From IMG/VR virus record IMGVR_UViG_3300030673_000004, positions 1 through 64,000 of that record: a stretch of DNA of 64,000 bases. One strand, given 5' to 3'. The position numbers and the translations under genes were made by a program. The notes under the pieces were generated by a model. The model worked only from the letters and a program-made list of their open reading frames with translations, was not told the DNA's origin and did no database searches. Position 1 is the first letter of the stretch; the number at the start of each line of letters is the position of its first letter. This document shows, piece by piece, positions 48,941-58,868 of the stretch.

Positions 48941-50098
48941 TCAAAAACCAGATGTCTCAGGACGACGACCCTGCGGCGGCTGCGGCACAGGGAAATCACT
49001 ATCAGACATAAAAGAGGGCAAAGACGCGCCACCAAAAGCAGATGCACCCGAATCACCACCGAAAGTAGGCACAGAAGACTGTGCGTCACCAAAAGTAGGT
49101 ACGGATGCATTCTCATGACCAAAAGCTGGAACAGAATCATCTGCACCAAATGTCGCAATTGAAGCTGCCGGGGTGCGCTGTGAGGGTACAGACGACGGAG
49201 GTGCATCAAAACCAGCCGTTGGGATAGATGAAGGAAGAGAACCAGCAGAAGCCCCACTAAAACTACCACCAAAACCACCATCAGATGGATTCTGATGCTG
49301 AATGCCTATATTAGTGTCTCGGAGCAACTCCGGATACTTCCAGAAAGCCAAAGAGCGCGAAATGTCAGCAGGATCCTGAAGACTTTCGCGATAAATCTCC
49401 TCCAGTGGCTTAATGCTGCTAGAAACAAAGTTACGCATATCTTGGGGCAAGGGAAAAGCATTACCACGCTGAACCGTATACATCTTAGCCGGAATAGCAC
49501 TAGGGTTATACTTTACAATGATGGTACCGCCATTATCGTAATCCGCAATGTCTACCATCTTATTCCCAGTAGCATCTGTCATAATGTCAAGCGCTTCTTG
49601 CAAACCCTCAGCAACAGTTTTAGGAAACCGAAAAACCTTCAGTTCCGGCACCCACTGTTGGGTCTTAGGATTTTTATACAAGCACCAAGCAAAATACTGC
49701 AGACGATCCTTTACATAGTCATAGTAAGTACCACAGCAATCACAAGAATGCACACCTGTCTCAGGGTTTGGATACGACTTCTCGTCAATAAAATCAAAAT
49801 CGGGACAGACAACATCAAAAGCTTTTGCATTCTGTGGAATAGCTGCGGGTGCCTTATCAACTTGACGATCACGATTATGCCAACGCTTAAGCTCACGAGC
49901 ATGATCAAGAGCCAAGTATACAGTATGCAGCTTATGACAAAACGGTGAACCTACAGGACGAATTTCTACAGGCAAACCCGGAAAATCATGAAGAGCAAGA
50001 ATAGGCAACTGGGCATCCCAGCGAGGCTTAGCTGTCTGCTTGGGAGCCATGCCAGAAAATGTCTTTACACGGGGGGATGAGTTGGATGAAGAGTACAT
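48941..50098 (-). CDS. putative gp32-like single-stranded DNA-binding protein
   Basis: His/Cys metal ligands (HTVY, CPD, CDCC), DIADYDNG..IIV, long acidic G/S/F tail; recombination gene neighbourhood. Confidence 0.6.
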   Translation of the reverse strand: MYSSSNSSPRVKTFSGMAPKQTAKPRWDAQLPILALHDFPGLPVEIRPVGSPFCHKLHTVYLALDHARELKRWHNRDRQVDKAPAAIPQNAKAFDVVCPDFDFIDEKSYPNPETGVHSCDCCGTYYDYVKDRLQYFAWCLYKNPKTQQWVPELKVFRFPKTVAEGLQEALDIMTDATGNKMVDIADYDNGGTIIVKYNPSAIPAKMYTVQRGNAFPLPQDMRNFVSSSIKPLEEIYRESLQDPADISRSLAFWKYPELLRDTNIGIQHQNPSDGGFGGSFSGASAGSLPSSIPTAGFDAPPSSVPSQRTPAASIATFGADDSVPAFGHENASVPTFGDAQSSVPTFGGDSGASAFGGASLPSFMSDSDFPVPQPPQGRRPETSGF

Positions 50099-50108
50099 GA
50101 GAACCTCG

Positions 50109-50147
50109 ATGAGTTAGAATGGGTTAGAATGAGTTAGAATGAAGTAG
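50109..50147. repeat. 10-bp tandem repeats upstream of the SSB gene
   Basis: GAGTTAGAAT GGGTTAGAAT GAGTTAGAAT GAAGTAG. Confidence 0.8.
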
Positions 50148-50240
50148 AGATACGTTTTGTTGTACTCCCGAGGGAGTACACAAAGAAGTTCTTCCACTGA
50201 CTCAAGATTTACAGCACACAACCCAAATTCTCAAAATTCT

Positions 50241-51413
50241 TCAGCCAAGGACGAAAGAAAGCTGCCGAAATGTCTCATACTCAAGATCCTCGGGATCTAT
50301 ACACAACTTATCAACAGGAATAGACTCATAATCATAAAACAGGAACAAAACCAACCGCTCCATAGCTGTAAGTTCTGCAGTATAATGAGCTAACTGCTGC
50401 GACATATCAACAGTTTCTCTATCCTGCTCCAGAGCCACATCAGTGTAAGCCTCAGGCTCATCACCTTCTTCATCCAGATCATCAATCAAAGATGCAACAT
50501 TCTGCATGTCATGTAGAGCAACAGCATTCTCCACTAGACGTATGTCTACACCCTCAAGCATACTTATCTCGTCTAATGTCGCGTTAGGGTTCTTCTTACG
50601 ACGCCGATCAACAGCAACACGCAGCTTATACATACGATCAGGTATACGGATGAATGAATTACTCTGCTTAATAGAGTAAATCATCCTGTTATTGACCCAC
50701 ATGTTAACCTGACTAGCAAAAGAACCGTACTCTGAGTCATACTTGCTTAAAGCTATAGCTACACCTTCATACCCATGCTGGTAGTGATCCATGAATACTT
50801 CAGGCTCTCTAGAGAAAGATCTAGCTAACGTACCAACACGACGCAAAAAAGGTACAGACACACGGCGCTCAATATCTTTTATACGAGGCCAGTTAGCTTT
50901 AAGGCTATTCAGTATTCCCCATATACGATGATATGCTACCGAGGAGGAAACCCCAAAGAGTAATAACTTAACAGGAACACGATCATCTAAAGGAATATCA
51001 GACTGAGCTGAAACTTGAAATTCCAACTGAGGTATCTGATCGTACAAATCCGATAAAACACTCAACCAGTACGCACGATAAACGCGAGTATACCGCCTAA
51101 CAGCGTACAGCCAGTCAGGCTCACCGATAGCATGAACAAAACTACATAAGTAAACGTCGTTTACTGTAGAAAATGTCTTTTTTGTACCTTTACGGTATGC
51201 ATGATACACCAAATTAAGATAAAAAGACCGCACTAAAGAACACTCAGCATCAATCACAGCTAAGCTATCATAAATAAGGTCATCCATCAAGTTAACTAAG
51301 TAAGCAGCATCAGCATTATCTAAAAGACAAAACTTAAAACTCTCATTAAGAGTATCCGTAGCCTGAGCAAAAGACCTGTCATTGACATTATTAGAAGTCA
51401 AATAATCAGACAT
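50241..51413 (-). CDS. RpoD-like sigma70-family sigma factor
   Basis: LRRVGTLARSF, DHYQHGYEGVAIALSKYD, FASQVNMWV, FIRIP. Confidence 0.8.
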   Translation of the reverse strand: MSDYLTSNNVNDRSFAQATDTLNESFKFCLLDNADAAYLVNLMDDLIYDSLAVIDAECSLVRSFYLNLVYHAYRKGTKKTFSTVNDVYLCSFVHAIGEPDWLYAVRRYTRVYRAYWLSVLSDLYDQIPQLEFQVSAQSDIPLDDRVPVKLLLFGVSSSVAYHRIWGILNSLKANWPRIKDIERRVSVPFLRRVGTLARSFSREPEVFMDHYQHGYEGVAIALSKYDSEYGSFASQVNMWVNNRMIYSIKQSNSFIRIPDRMYKLRVAVDRRRKKNPNATLDEISMLEGVDIRLVENAVALHDMQNVASLIDDLDEEGDEPEAYTDVALEQDRETVDMSQQLAHYTAELTAMERLVLFLFYDYESIPVDKLCIDPEDLEYETFRQLSFVLG

Positions 51414-51452
51414 AAAGACACCTCTTAGTAGTTAGATGGTCGCTATAGCCTA

Positions 51453-51476
51453 ATTTACACAATAAAAACAGTAAAT
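51453..51476. promoter_or_regulatory. divergent pair of GTAAAT elements
   Basis: ATTTAC 51453-51458 and GTAAAT 51471-51476 between divergent genes. Confidence 0.55.
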
Positions 51477-51525
51477 AAACATATAAGTAACATTTTATGA
51501 ACAATCTATCAACAAGAGCTGACAC

Positions 51526-52380
51526 GTGGTAAACCTAAAAGTCATTGTGCAGAAAACACCTGTTAAAATTCACAGGAACTCGCTCCCATGTAGAGCAAGG
51601 ATATCTTCTGCTACAATGAATGCAGATGGTTTTGGTGTTTACCACCTATTTAAGGGTAGGGTAATAGACCCAACAACAACGCGAACACCCTACCCCCAGA
51701 TTGTTAAAATCTATACGGACAGACGGGGTGTACTACCAGATAACCCAAAAATCTTCTGCTGGTGTGGCTGTGCCTGGTTCAAATACAACTGTGAGGTTGC
51801 TTTAGCTATTAGAGGGTCCTCGGCAATCATCTCAACCAATGGAGCCTTACCAAAAATAACAAACCCAACCAGCAGACCGCAAGTATGCAAACACATGCTA
51901 ACATTCTTAAAATCATGCTGGAAAGCAAAAGAACGTATTGATACAAACAGAACACAAGCAAATGATCAAGGCTTAAACCGGCTTGAAAGCGTTGTTAATA
52001 GAAAAGCACGACGGGCCAATACACAGACTAAAAAACAATTAGATGAATTGCAAAACCCACCAGCTCCGCAGACAAGAGCACCACAACAACACCAACAGCA
52101 AACAAGGCAAACACAGCAAAACAGACAACAAGTACAGCAGCCACGAGGTCCTGTCTCGGGAGTAACCAACAGCAGAACAGGACAAAATACAAGTAATCGC
52201 ACTCAACAAAACCAGCCGCAGCAGACACAAGTACCCACAAGACCAGCACAGAACAACGCAGGGCAAGCAGGTAGTGCGGGACAGGCTGGTCGGGCAGGTG
52301 GATCCCTAGGACCAGCAAACAGACAACCACCCACAGGAAATCCCACAGGTGGTAATCAGCAGCAAAATGTACAGCTATAA
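51526..52380 (+). CDS. SWIM-like Zn-finger protein with a Gln/Asn/Gly-rich tail
   Basis: CWCGCAWF ... VCKH; low-complexity C-terminus. Confidence 0.6.
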   Translation: MVNLKVIVQKTPVKIHRNSLPCRARISSATMNADGFGVYHLFKGRVIDPTTTRTPYPQIVKIYTDRRGVLPDNPKIFCWCGCAWFKYNCEVALAIRGSSAIISTNGALPKITNPTSRPQVCKHMLTFLKSCWKAKERIDTNRTQANDQGLNRLESVVNRKARRANTQTKKQLDELQNPPAPQTRAPQQHQQQTRQTQQNRQQVQQPRGPVSGVTNSRTGQNTSNRTQQNQPQQTQVPTRPAQNNAGQAGSAGQAGRAGGSLGPANRQPPTGNPTGGNQQQNVQL

Positions 52381-52381
52381 C

Positions 52382-53014
52382 CTAGTTGCTATAGCGAGGA
52401 AACAAACTATCCTCGTCAGAAGGCATGCCAAATTGATCCAAAGCTGCATCTAACTCCGTCGCACAACTTGGATCTGGATCTACAGTAACAACTTCAGAGA
52501 TAGCCGAAAAATGTGTAATAAATTCCTGATGTGTCAGAATATTGGTAATCTTCTTAGAACCACGAGGACCAACAAAAGTAATACACACTTTCCACATAGG
52601 ATCAGGTAGGTCTTCTGGATCAAAAGTAAGTTCCTCATCACTAAAGGGCTGATCTGGATCAGTGTCTTCCGGTGAATAGGAGACATTAAAGGCATGACAC
52701 GAAGCAGAGAACTCAGCAGTAACAGCTAAATCACGAAGAAAAGCATTTCGCTGCATCGTTATGTCGGAACGAAGACCATGAACCTGATCTTCCAAGTCAA
52801 TACGCTCAGATACCAAATGAGAGCCAACAGACTCAAGCATAGTGTAGATTATATCTGTATTTGCAACTAAGTGCCGTGGTGTCATCAACTCCTTAGGAAG
52901 ATTTTTCCAATAGGGCACCCAAATAGTAGAAACTGCGTTCTTCAAAGCAGCATCCATGTCATTGATCCCCAACAGAAGCCCAAAATCTTCTTTCCGTGTG
53001 TCAAGATCAGACAT
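52382..53014 (-). CDS. hypothetical acidic protein
   Basis: GGAGG SD; promoter TTGACA-17-TATATT at 53032-53060. Confidence 0.65.
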   Translation of the reverse strand: MSDLDTRKEDFGLLLGINDMDAALKNAVSTIWVPYWKNLPKELMTPRHLVANTDIIYTMLESVGSHLVSERIDLEDQVHGLRSDITMQRNAFLRDLAVTAEFSASCHAFNVSYSPEDTDPDQPFSDEELTFDPEDLPDPMWKVCITFVGPRGSKKITNILTHQEFITHFSAISEVVTVDPDPSCATELDAALDQFGMPSDEDSLFPRYSN

Positions 53015-53056
53015 AACGCACCTCCAACTTAAATATACATTACATTTGTATACATG

Positions 53057-53533
53057 TCAAGTAGATTCGGCAATCATATCAGATAAGCCATCATCAAACT
53101 CACTGTCGGCATCCAAGGAGGACCAAGTACTCTCCAAGTCACTGTCAACCTGTGTTGATATTGGTGGAGTAGCTTTAGGCATCTCTGTAGTAAAGGAACT
53201 ACGAAAATTATCAATATCAACAAGAACCTGATCCAGGAGGTAAACCAGTTTTGTATAAGCAATTAAACAATCGGGTCCATCAGACGAGAGACGTATCATA
53301 TAGGAGTTCAACTGCATCAACTGCGGCTCTAAGTGCTCTGATATGATGTAATTGCTGATAAATAAATTTAAGGCACGAGAACCAACAATAAGAGCAGCAC
53401 GAGCATCCGATGAGGCCACAAAAGATTTAGCATTCTGACCATCACGAATAACAGCGGACTTTAGATCCTGAAAGATAGCCTCTAATGCTGAAATACGATC
53501 AAGAACACAAACTGCAGATTTAGGTAGCATCAT
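53057..53533 (-). CDS. hypothetical protein
   Basis: ORF within the operon. Confidence 0.55.
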   Translation of the reverse strand: MMLPKSAVCVLDRISALEAIFQDLKSAVIRDGQNAKSFVASSDARAALIVGSRALNLFISNYIISEHLEPQLMQLNSYMIRLSSDGPDCLIAYTKLVYLLDQVLVDIDNFRSSFTTEMPKATPPISTQVDSDLESTWSSLDADSEFDDGLSDMIAEST

Positions 53534-54509
53534 TTGAAATACCTCTAAAGACTATATCTAAGTCAAGTTTTTTATTAGAACCAAAACACAAATTATTATG
53601 AGGGCAATGCGGCCTAGAGTCCGCATTAGGACAAATACCGATTAACCTATCCCACATGCGATGCTGTATCAAGTAATCAGTAACAGCATGAGCTTCAACC
53701 TCACGCTCAAAAACAGAAGGATTAAAAGGAACAACAATAGGCTCATTATTACTTATATCAGCCCGATCAAAATACCAAATGACCATGTAGTCATGAAATT
53801 GATCTGAAGGTATACTAAGATACTTAGGAATAGTATACCTGTAAGAATTAACTTGATGATAATGTTCCAATATAGGTAAGTTCTTAGATCGTATATCCCT
53901 AAGAGCAGATGTTGTCTTTGTCTTGATCTCCAAAACAAGATACTTATTATCTATCTTCAGGATACCGTCACAGTGACCTGAGAAATTCACATCTACCTGC
54001 TCATCAGCCACTTTAACACGAAATTTACAGGTAGGCTCAATCTCTACATATTTCATGGGATAACCACAATGAAACTGGGGTCCAAGCAAAACTTGAGTAG
54101 CATCTGTAGGGGATGGAAGCACAACAGAACAACCAGCGTCCCCGGTGTGCTCTTCTCGGGCACAACACCACCGACCAAGTAGTATACCAGAAATACCTAG
54201 CCACTTCTGCAGGTGTTCATGTATAGCAGGACCCTGTGCAGCAAAGGAATCCATAATAAAGGAAGTTTCTTCTGTACGAGGACTCTGTTTCAAAGAACAA
54301 GCGGCATCAATTCCAGCCATTAATGGGCAGTGTGGTATGCTAGAACCACGAAACAAAATAGGTTTTGATGGCAGGGTAACAGAAATTGGAGATCTAGGAC
54401 GAGTTAACGATCTCAAATGAGAAGTCAGCTCAGTTTTTAGCTGAGTCGCCTGTGTACCACCCCGAGCATCTGTAACAAGCGAGGGAGGTACATAAACAGA
54501 TGAAGACAT
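53520..54509 (-). CDS. Cas4-like PD-(D/E)xK exonuclease
   Basis: HCP, GPAIHE, GHCDG, LEIKT, QVNSY, C-terminal Cys cluster. Confidence 0.75.
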   Translation of the reverse strand: MSSSVYVPPSLVTDARGGTQATQLKTELTSHLRSLTRPRSPISVTLPSKPILFRGSSIPHCPLMAGIDAACSLKQSPRTEETSFIMDSFAAQGPAIHEHLQKWLGISGILLGRWCCAREEHTGDAGCSVVLPSPTDATQVLLGPQFHCGYPMKYVEIEPTCKFRVKVADEQVDVNFSGHCDGILKIDNKYLVLEIKTKTTSALRDIRSKNLPILEHYHQVNSYRYTIPKYLSIPSDQFHDYMVIWYFDRADISNNEPIVVPFNPSVFEREVEAHAVTDYLIQHRMWDRLIGICPNADSRPHCPHNNLCFGSNKKLDLDIVFRGISNDAT

Positions 54510-55459
54510 TAGACAACCAGCTTCTGATAAAAATGAGACATACTTAATACATTATTACGCAAATACTCCATGTTACGACAGAGCAGACTCAAGCTACTCG
54601 GATCACAATTAGACTCATATAAAGCACGACCTTCCGGAATGCCAGATAAAACCTTATAGTAGCCATAAATAGCATAAGGCGCATATTTTGAATGCAACCA
54701 CTCAGACAAGAGAGTTAAAGCACTATTTGTGTGCTCCTCAAAAGAAAACCCCTCTACTAAGATAGGGCGACCTTTAGTCAACTCAGAAATATCAGCGTGC
54801 GCCCGCTGTAAGCAAAGAGATTCAGCAGAAGACCAAGCATTAGACGCAAAAGCATCTTGAAAAGACTGCAAAGTAAAATCATGAAGATATGAGAAATAGC
54901 CACTATCTAAGAAAAGAAAATAGGACAATATCTTACGATACGTCCTAATCTCATTGTTATGGCCACACATATCTAGTATCTCTTTGATACCCTGACGTAA
55001 AGAACTACCAGCCAGGAAAACAGGACTAGTATCTTTCTTTTTCTTCCCTTGAGTCTTCTTAACCTCGCGAGAAAATAAAGTCTCAGGATCATTAGGTCTA
55101 TTATGCAAATACGAAACTATAGCAGTGTCTAAAACGGTATCCCGGCTCCGTAACAGATTTACTAAATCTAAAATTATGTTCACAGATGAAGCCGCCCGAC
55201 AACTATCAAGTATAGTAATATTAGCTGCATTTAATGATGCTATATCTGAAAAGAAGATATGAATAAATGAATCAACTTGACTATAGTCTGTAGCACTGAA
55301 AGCAGACAAATTTTCCCAAAGAAGAACTTGAATATCAGATCTACGAGCAGCCTCTAAAGAATCCATAGGTGTTCTTATAATAAAACACTTAAACCCAGAT
55401 AACTCAAGCCCGTATCTGACAGCAACTGGTGCATAAAAACTAAAACCATAAGCTGACAT
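54509..55459 (-). CDS. hypothetical protein
   Basis: 316-aa ORF with stop/start coupling. Confidence 0.6.
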   Translation of the reverse strand: MSAYGFSFYAPVAVRYGLELSGFKCFIIRTPMDSLEAARRSDIQVLLWENLSAFSATDYSQVDSFIHIFFSDIASLNAANITILDSCRAASSVNIILDLVNLLRSRDTVLDTAIVSYLHNRPNDPETLFSREVKKTQGKKKKDTSPVFLAGSSLRQGIKEILDMCGHNNEIRTYRKILSYFLFLDSGYFSYLHDFTLQSFQDAFASNAWSSAESLCLQRAHADISELTKGRPILVEGFSFEEHTNSALTLLSEWLHSKYAPYAIYGYYKVLSGIPEGRALYESNCDPSSLSLLCRNMEYLRNNVLSMSHFYQKLVV

Positions 55460-55468
55460 GTGAAATCC

Positions 55469-58003
55469 TCAAGCAGTTCGTAAGTTTTTTAACTGAAGTG
55501 TTGAACAAGCACGCTGCTTAGTAATAGCAAGCTCTTTATCAAAATCGGAACTTAATGGAATCTGATGAGACACAAAGAATATAGTACTCCTACGTGCAGC
55601 CAAATTACGAATAAGGTGATTAGACATAAGAGTTAACGCATTCTTATCCATGTGACGATCAACTTCATCAAGTATAGCTATATTACATTTACGTTCTTCT
55701 GCCACAATATCAATCAATGTTAGCATAATGCATATAGCCAGCTTACTTTCCTCACCACCAGACAACTCAGCAACATCGTAGACTTTCTCTACTAGAGTAC
55801 CATCACCAGTAGGATCAGATATCTGATGTGCGACCAAATTAAGTTGATCATCATCATCACCAGCAACATCAACAAAGAAATTACGCTCGGTAAACAAAAT
55901 AGAAGTCCAAACAGGAAGCTTCTCCCGAATTAATTCAAGCAATTGTCGCAACTTAGCCTTTTTGAAACCCTTTTTATCATAAGCGCTACGAACATCACGA
56001 ACCAAATTGAACTGTCTGACAGAATCAGCGTAAGCAGCATTCAATGTAGCTAACCTATCTAATTCTGTCTTAGCTAGTTCTATCTGATGAACTTTATGCT
56101 CGTTCAGATTGATACCTGAAATCAAACAAGTCTTCTCCGAGCTTATATGCTGCATCTTATCCCTTAAAGATACCACAGTAATCTCATGCTGCTTAACGTC
56201 TTGTGCTGTCTGTGTCAGATCTTTATCTGTATAGGATAAAATGGTATAAGCATGCTGTTGGTCTGCTGTCGCCTTACTTACAATAGCGTGTAATTCTTGT
56301 AAACGTAATTCTGCAGTAGAAGCGTTAAAGGCTATAACATCAACAGGTATCATACGATACTTATCAGATACCTCTTTTGCTCGTTGTATCGCTTGATATA
56401 AAGACTCCCGCTGCGCTAAATCTGCGGAGCATGTAACAAGTTGATTTTTTAGTGTATCCCTATCGGAAGCAAGGGATGCGGGAAGATTATCTAAAGCACA
56501 CATACCCGTAACGTAATTACTTAATGCCTGCTCATACTGAGAACTGAGAATCTTCTGCTGCTGAGCAGCCACAAGCAAAGGACGCAAACGAGATAATTCA
56601 GAACTAACATGAGCAGAATCTAGGGGATTACCACAAGTAGGGCACGCACCACCAAGAGAAGCTAATCGTTGAAATTCAACTACTTTACTTTCCAATACAG
56701 CAAGCGCACCCACAATATCAGCATGGTTAGATCTAACAAGCAATAGAGCACTAGATGCGGCTGTGCTTGATACAAGATCTGATTGTTGACTACCTAAATT
56801 CATTAAAACAGGATATAAAGAACGCAAATTCTTTACTAAGGTATCCCGCTGCAGAACATCTTTGTCTGCCTTAGAAATCTTACCCTGCAACTCAGACCGG
56901 AGTACACGCAGATTAGAAATCTCAGATGTGAGTCGATTTAATAAATCTGAATCATCCAGAGCCAGTTTTATATCTAAAGGCAAAGCCTCATATAGCATAA
57001 TAACAGAGTGCATCTGAGCATAGGATCTCTTTAGTTGCTCCAACGTCGATTTCTCAGATAAAGCGTCTGAAAGAAGTTTTTGACTTTGTTCAATTGTGAT
57101 TTTTGCTTGCGTGAAACCGGTCTCCAAGGACACACCGAGAGCCAAAAATTGCTCACGTGTTCGACACGACTCTTGCGCCCGAACTAATAAGTCATCCTCC
57201 ACATGCATCTGATCAGTAGTATCACGTTCTTGCTGCTGTAAAGTTACTAACGAAGATCTTGCGACTTTAAGCGATTCCTGCAAAACAGCCGCGTCACCCA
57301 GGGTAGCAAAAGTCTGCTTTGCTTGTGTATAAGCACCAACAAAAGGTAAGTAGTCCTGCTGCTTAGCTTTCAACGCTTCATAAGAAGAATCTAACTCAGC
57401 ATGAATCATATCATACTTAGTTAAGCCAAATAAACTGCTTAACCAAGCAATTCTCTCAGAAGGTGTACCTTGGATTAAAACATGTCCGTGCCCCTGCTTC
57501 CAAACAACGGTACCTAAAAACTCATCTAAGGGCCTGTTTGTAGACGCAGAGATTTCAGCCTGCAAGGCACCTTTCTTATTTTTAGCACCAATAGGCTCCC
57601 ACGAAGACTCATCTAAAGATGAGTTCTTAAAAAAGGATAATGTAGATGCGGATCTACGACCAGCCTCTTCCCTAACTTTGTAATAAACACCGTCTGACCA
57701 GTAGAGCAACTCGTAAAAACCACCACTACCATCTGCAGGCCATATAGCACTAACAGCTTCGCTCTTGCCCAAGGATTCACGACCATAAAGAGCACGAGGT
57801 ATCAGAGAGAATAGACGAGACTTACCCGCACCGCTAGATGATGGCTCTTGGGTGTCTAAATTATGACCTGTTACATAAACAAGACCTTGTTGATCTAAAG
57901 GTAGTTCAAAGTAATCACGATATGTATAAACAGCTTGACCACGAAGCAACAGTAACTTTAAGCCACGTTGTTCCTCTATTGCTATATCAGGCATGTAATG
58001 CAC
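55469..58003 (-). CDS. sbcC: SbcC/Rad50 (gp46-like) SMC ATPase
   Basis: GAGKS, CPTCG zinc hook, LSGGE, ILDEVD, VSH. Confidence 0.9.
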   Translation of the reverse strand: MHYMPDIAIEEQRGLKLLLLRGQAVYTYRDYFELPLDQQGLVYVTGHNLDTQEPSSSGAGKSRLFSLIPRALYGRESLGKSEAVSAIWPADGSGGFYELLYWSDGVYYKVREEAGRRSASTLSFFKNSSLDESSWEPIGAKNKKGALQAEISASTNRPLDEFLGTVVWKQGHGHVLIQGTPSERIAWLSSLFGLTKYDMIHAELDSSYEALKAKQQDYLPFVGAYTQAKQTFATLGDAAVLQESLKVARSSLVTLQQQERDTTDQMHVEDDLLVRAQESCRTREQFLALGVSLETGFTQAKITIEQSQKLLSDALSEKSTLEQLKRSYAQMHSVIMLYEALPLDIKLALDDSDLLNRLTSEISNLRVLRSELQGKISKADKDVLQRDTLVKNLRSLYPVLMNLGSQQSDLVSSTAASSALLLVRSNHADIVGALAVLESKVVEFQRLASLGGACPTCGNPLDSAHVSSELSRLRPLLVAAQQQKILSSQYEQALSNYVTGMCALDNLPASLASDRDTLKNQLVTCSADLAQRESLYQAIQRAKEVSDKYRMIPVDVIAFNASTAELRLQELHAIVSKATADQQHAYTILSYTDKDLTQTAQDVKQHEITVVSLRDKMQHISSEKTCLISGINLNEHKVHQIELAKTELDRLATLNAAYADSVRQFNLVRDVRSAYDKKGFKKAKLRQLLELIREKLPVWTSILFTERNFFVDVAGDDDDQLNLVAHQISDPTGDGTLVEKVYDVAELSGGEESKLAICIMLTLIDIVAEERKCNIAILDEVDRHMDKNALTLMSNHLIRNLAARRSTIFFVSHQIPLSSDFDKELAITKQRACSTLQLKNLRTA

Positions 58004-58007
58004 ATCC

Positions 58008-58868
58008 TTAAAATGTTGCAGGTGTATGAGTTTTTGTTGCTATTAATAAACCATTTACAGTATCAACATACGTATAGCCGGAACGTGATAAAACACTATG
58101 ATACGTTTGGCTTGCTCTGATGTACGGACCATACTGAACTTTATCGTCAACTGTAACTTCTCTACTATTTTTAGGCAGATCTAAAATTACAGGAGAACCA
58201 ACTTTCAGAATTAACCAAATATCAGTGAGTAGTCGCTCTATATCAGAACTCATAATGTAACCTAGGCAGGAAACAAAAATAACGTCAAAAAACTCACGAG
58301 AAAATGCATATAAGGAACATAAAGCATCACCCCAAATAATCTTAGACTGTAAAACATCAGGCACATGAGCTATAAAACAAGGATCAATCTCAATACCGTA
58401 AGAATCAAAACCATAGTGTATATAACGCAAAAGAGATCCCCCACAGCAGCAACCCAAATCAAGAAGCTTTAAGCCCTCAAAATCTGTGTATATACGCTGT
58501 AGTAACCCTATTTTAGATGCCATAGGAGCACATATTGTATCCCAAGATTCACGATACGTACCATGTAGAGCATAGTTATTCCACTGATTAGAATCCCATA
58601 AAGGGATACTCCTAATCCTAAGCCGCTCACTCAAAGCATTGGGTGTCACACGTGTACTAGTAATACCCCAAGGAGTCCACAACAGATCTTGATATAGTTC
58701 AAAGTCCGAGGCTGGACGGTAAGACCAAGAATCTCTAGGACAAGCAACAGCTAATCTCTTAATCGCGTGCTGAATAGCATACGAAGTTACTCCAGTTGCT
58801 GCATGATGCACACCAAAACCAGATTGATCATAATGAAATGTTATCCCAGATATGTCAAGCTGCTGCAT
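58008..58868 (-). CDS. class I SAM-dependent methyltransferase
   Basis: LLDLGCCCG, YGIEID, GDA, FDVIF, LKVG. Confidence 0.75.
   Translation of the reverse strand: MQQLDISGITFHYDQSGFGVHHAATGVTSYAIQHAIKRLAVACPRDSWSYRPASDFELYQDLLWTPWGITSTRVTPNALSERLRIRSIPLWDSNQWNNYALHGTYRESWDTICAPMASKIGLLQRIYTDFEGLKLLDLGCCCGGSLLRYIHYGFDSYGIEIDPCFIAHVPDVLQSKIIWGDALCSLYAFSREFFDVIFVSCLGYIMSSDIERLLTDIWLILKVGSPVILDLPKNSREVTVDDKVQYGPYIRASQTYHSVLSRSGYTYVDTVNGLLIATKTHTPATF

Noticed and set aside
50109-50147. 10-bp repeats as a mini-CRISPR or replication iterons
   Set aside because: No spacers and too short; position in the SSB leader fits translational control better, though iterons are not fully excluded
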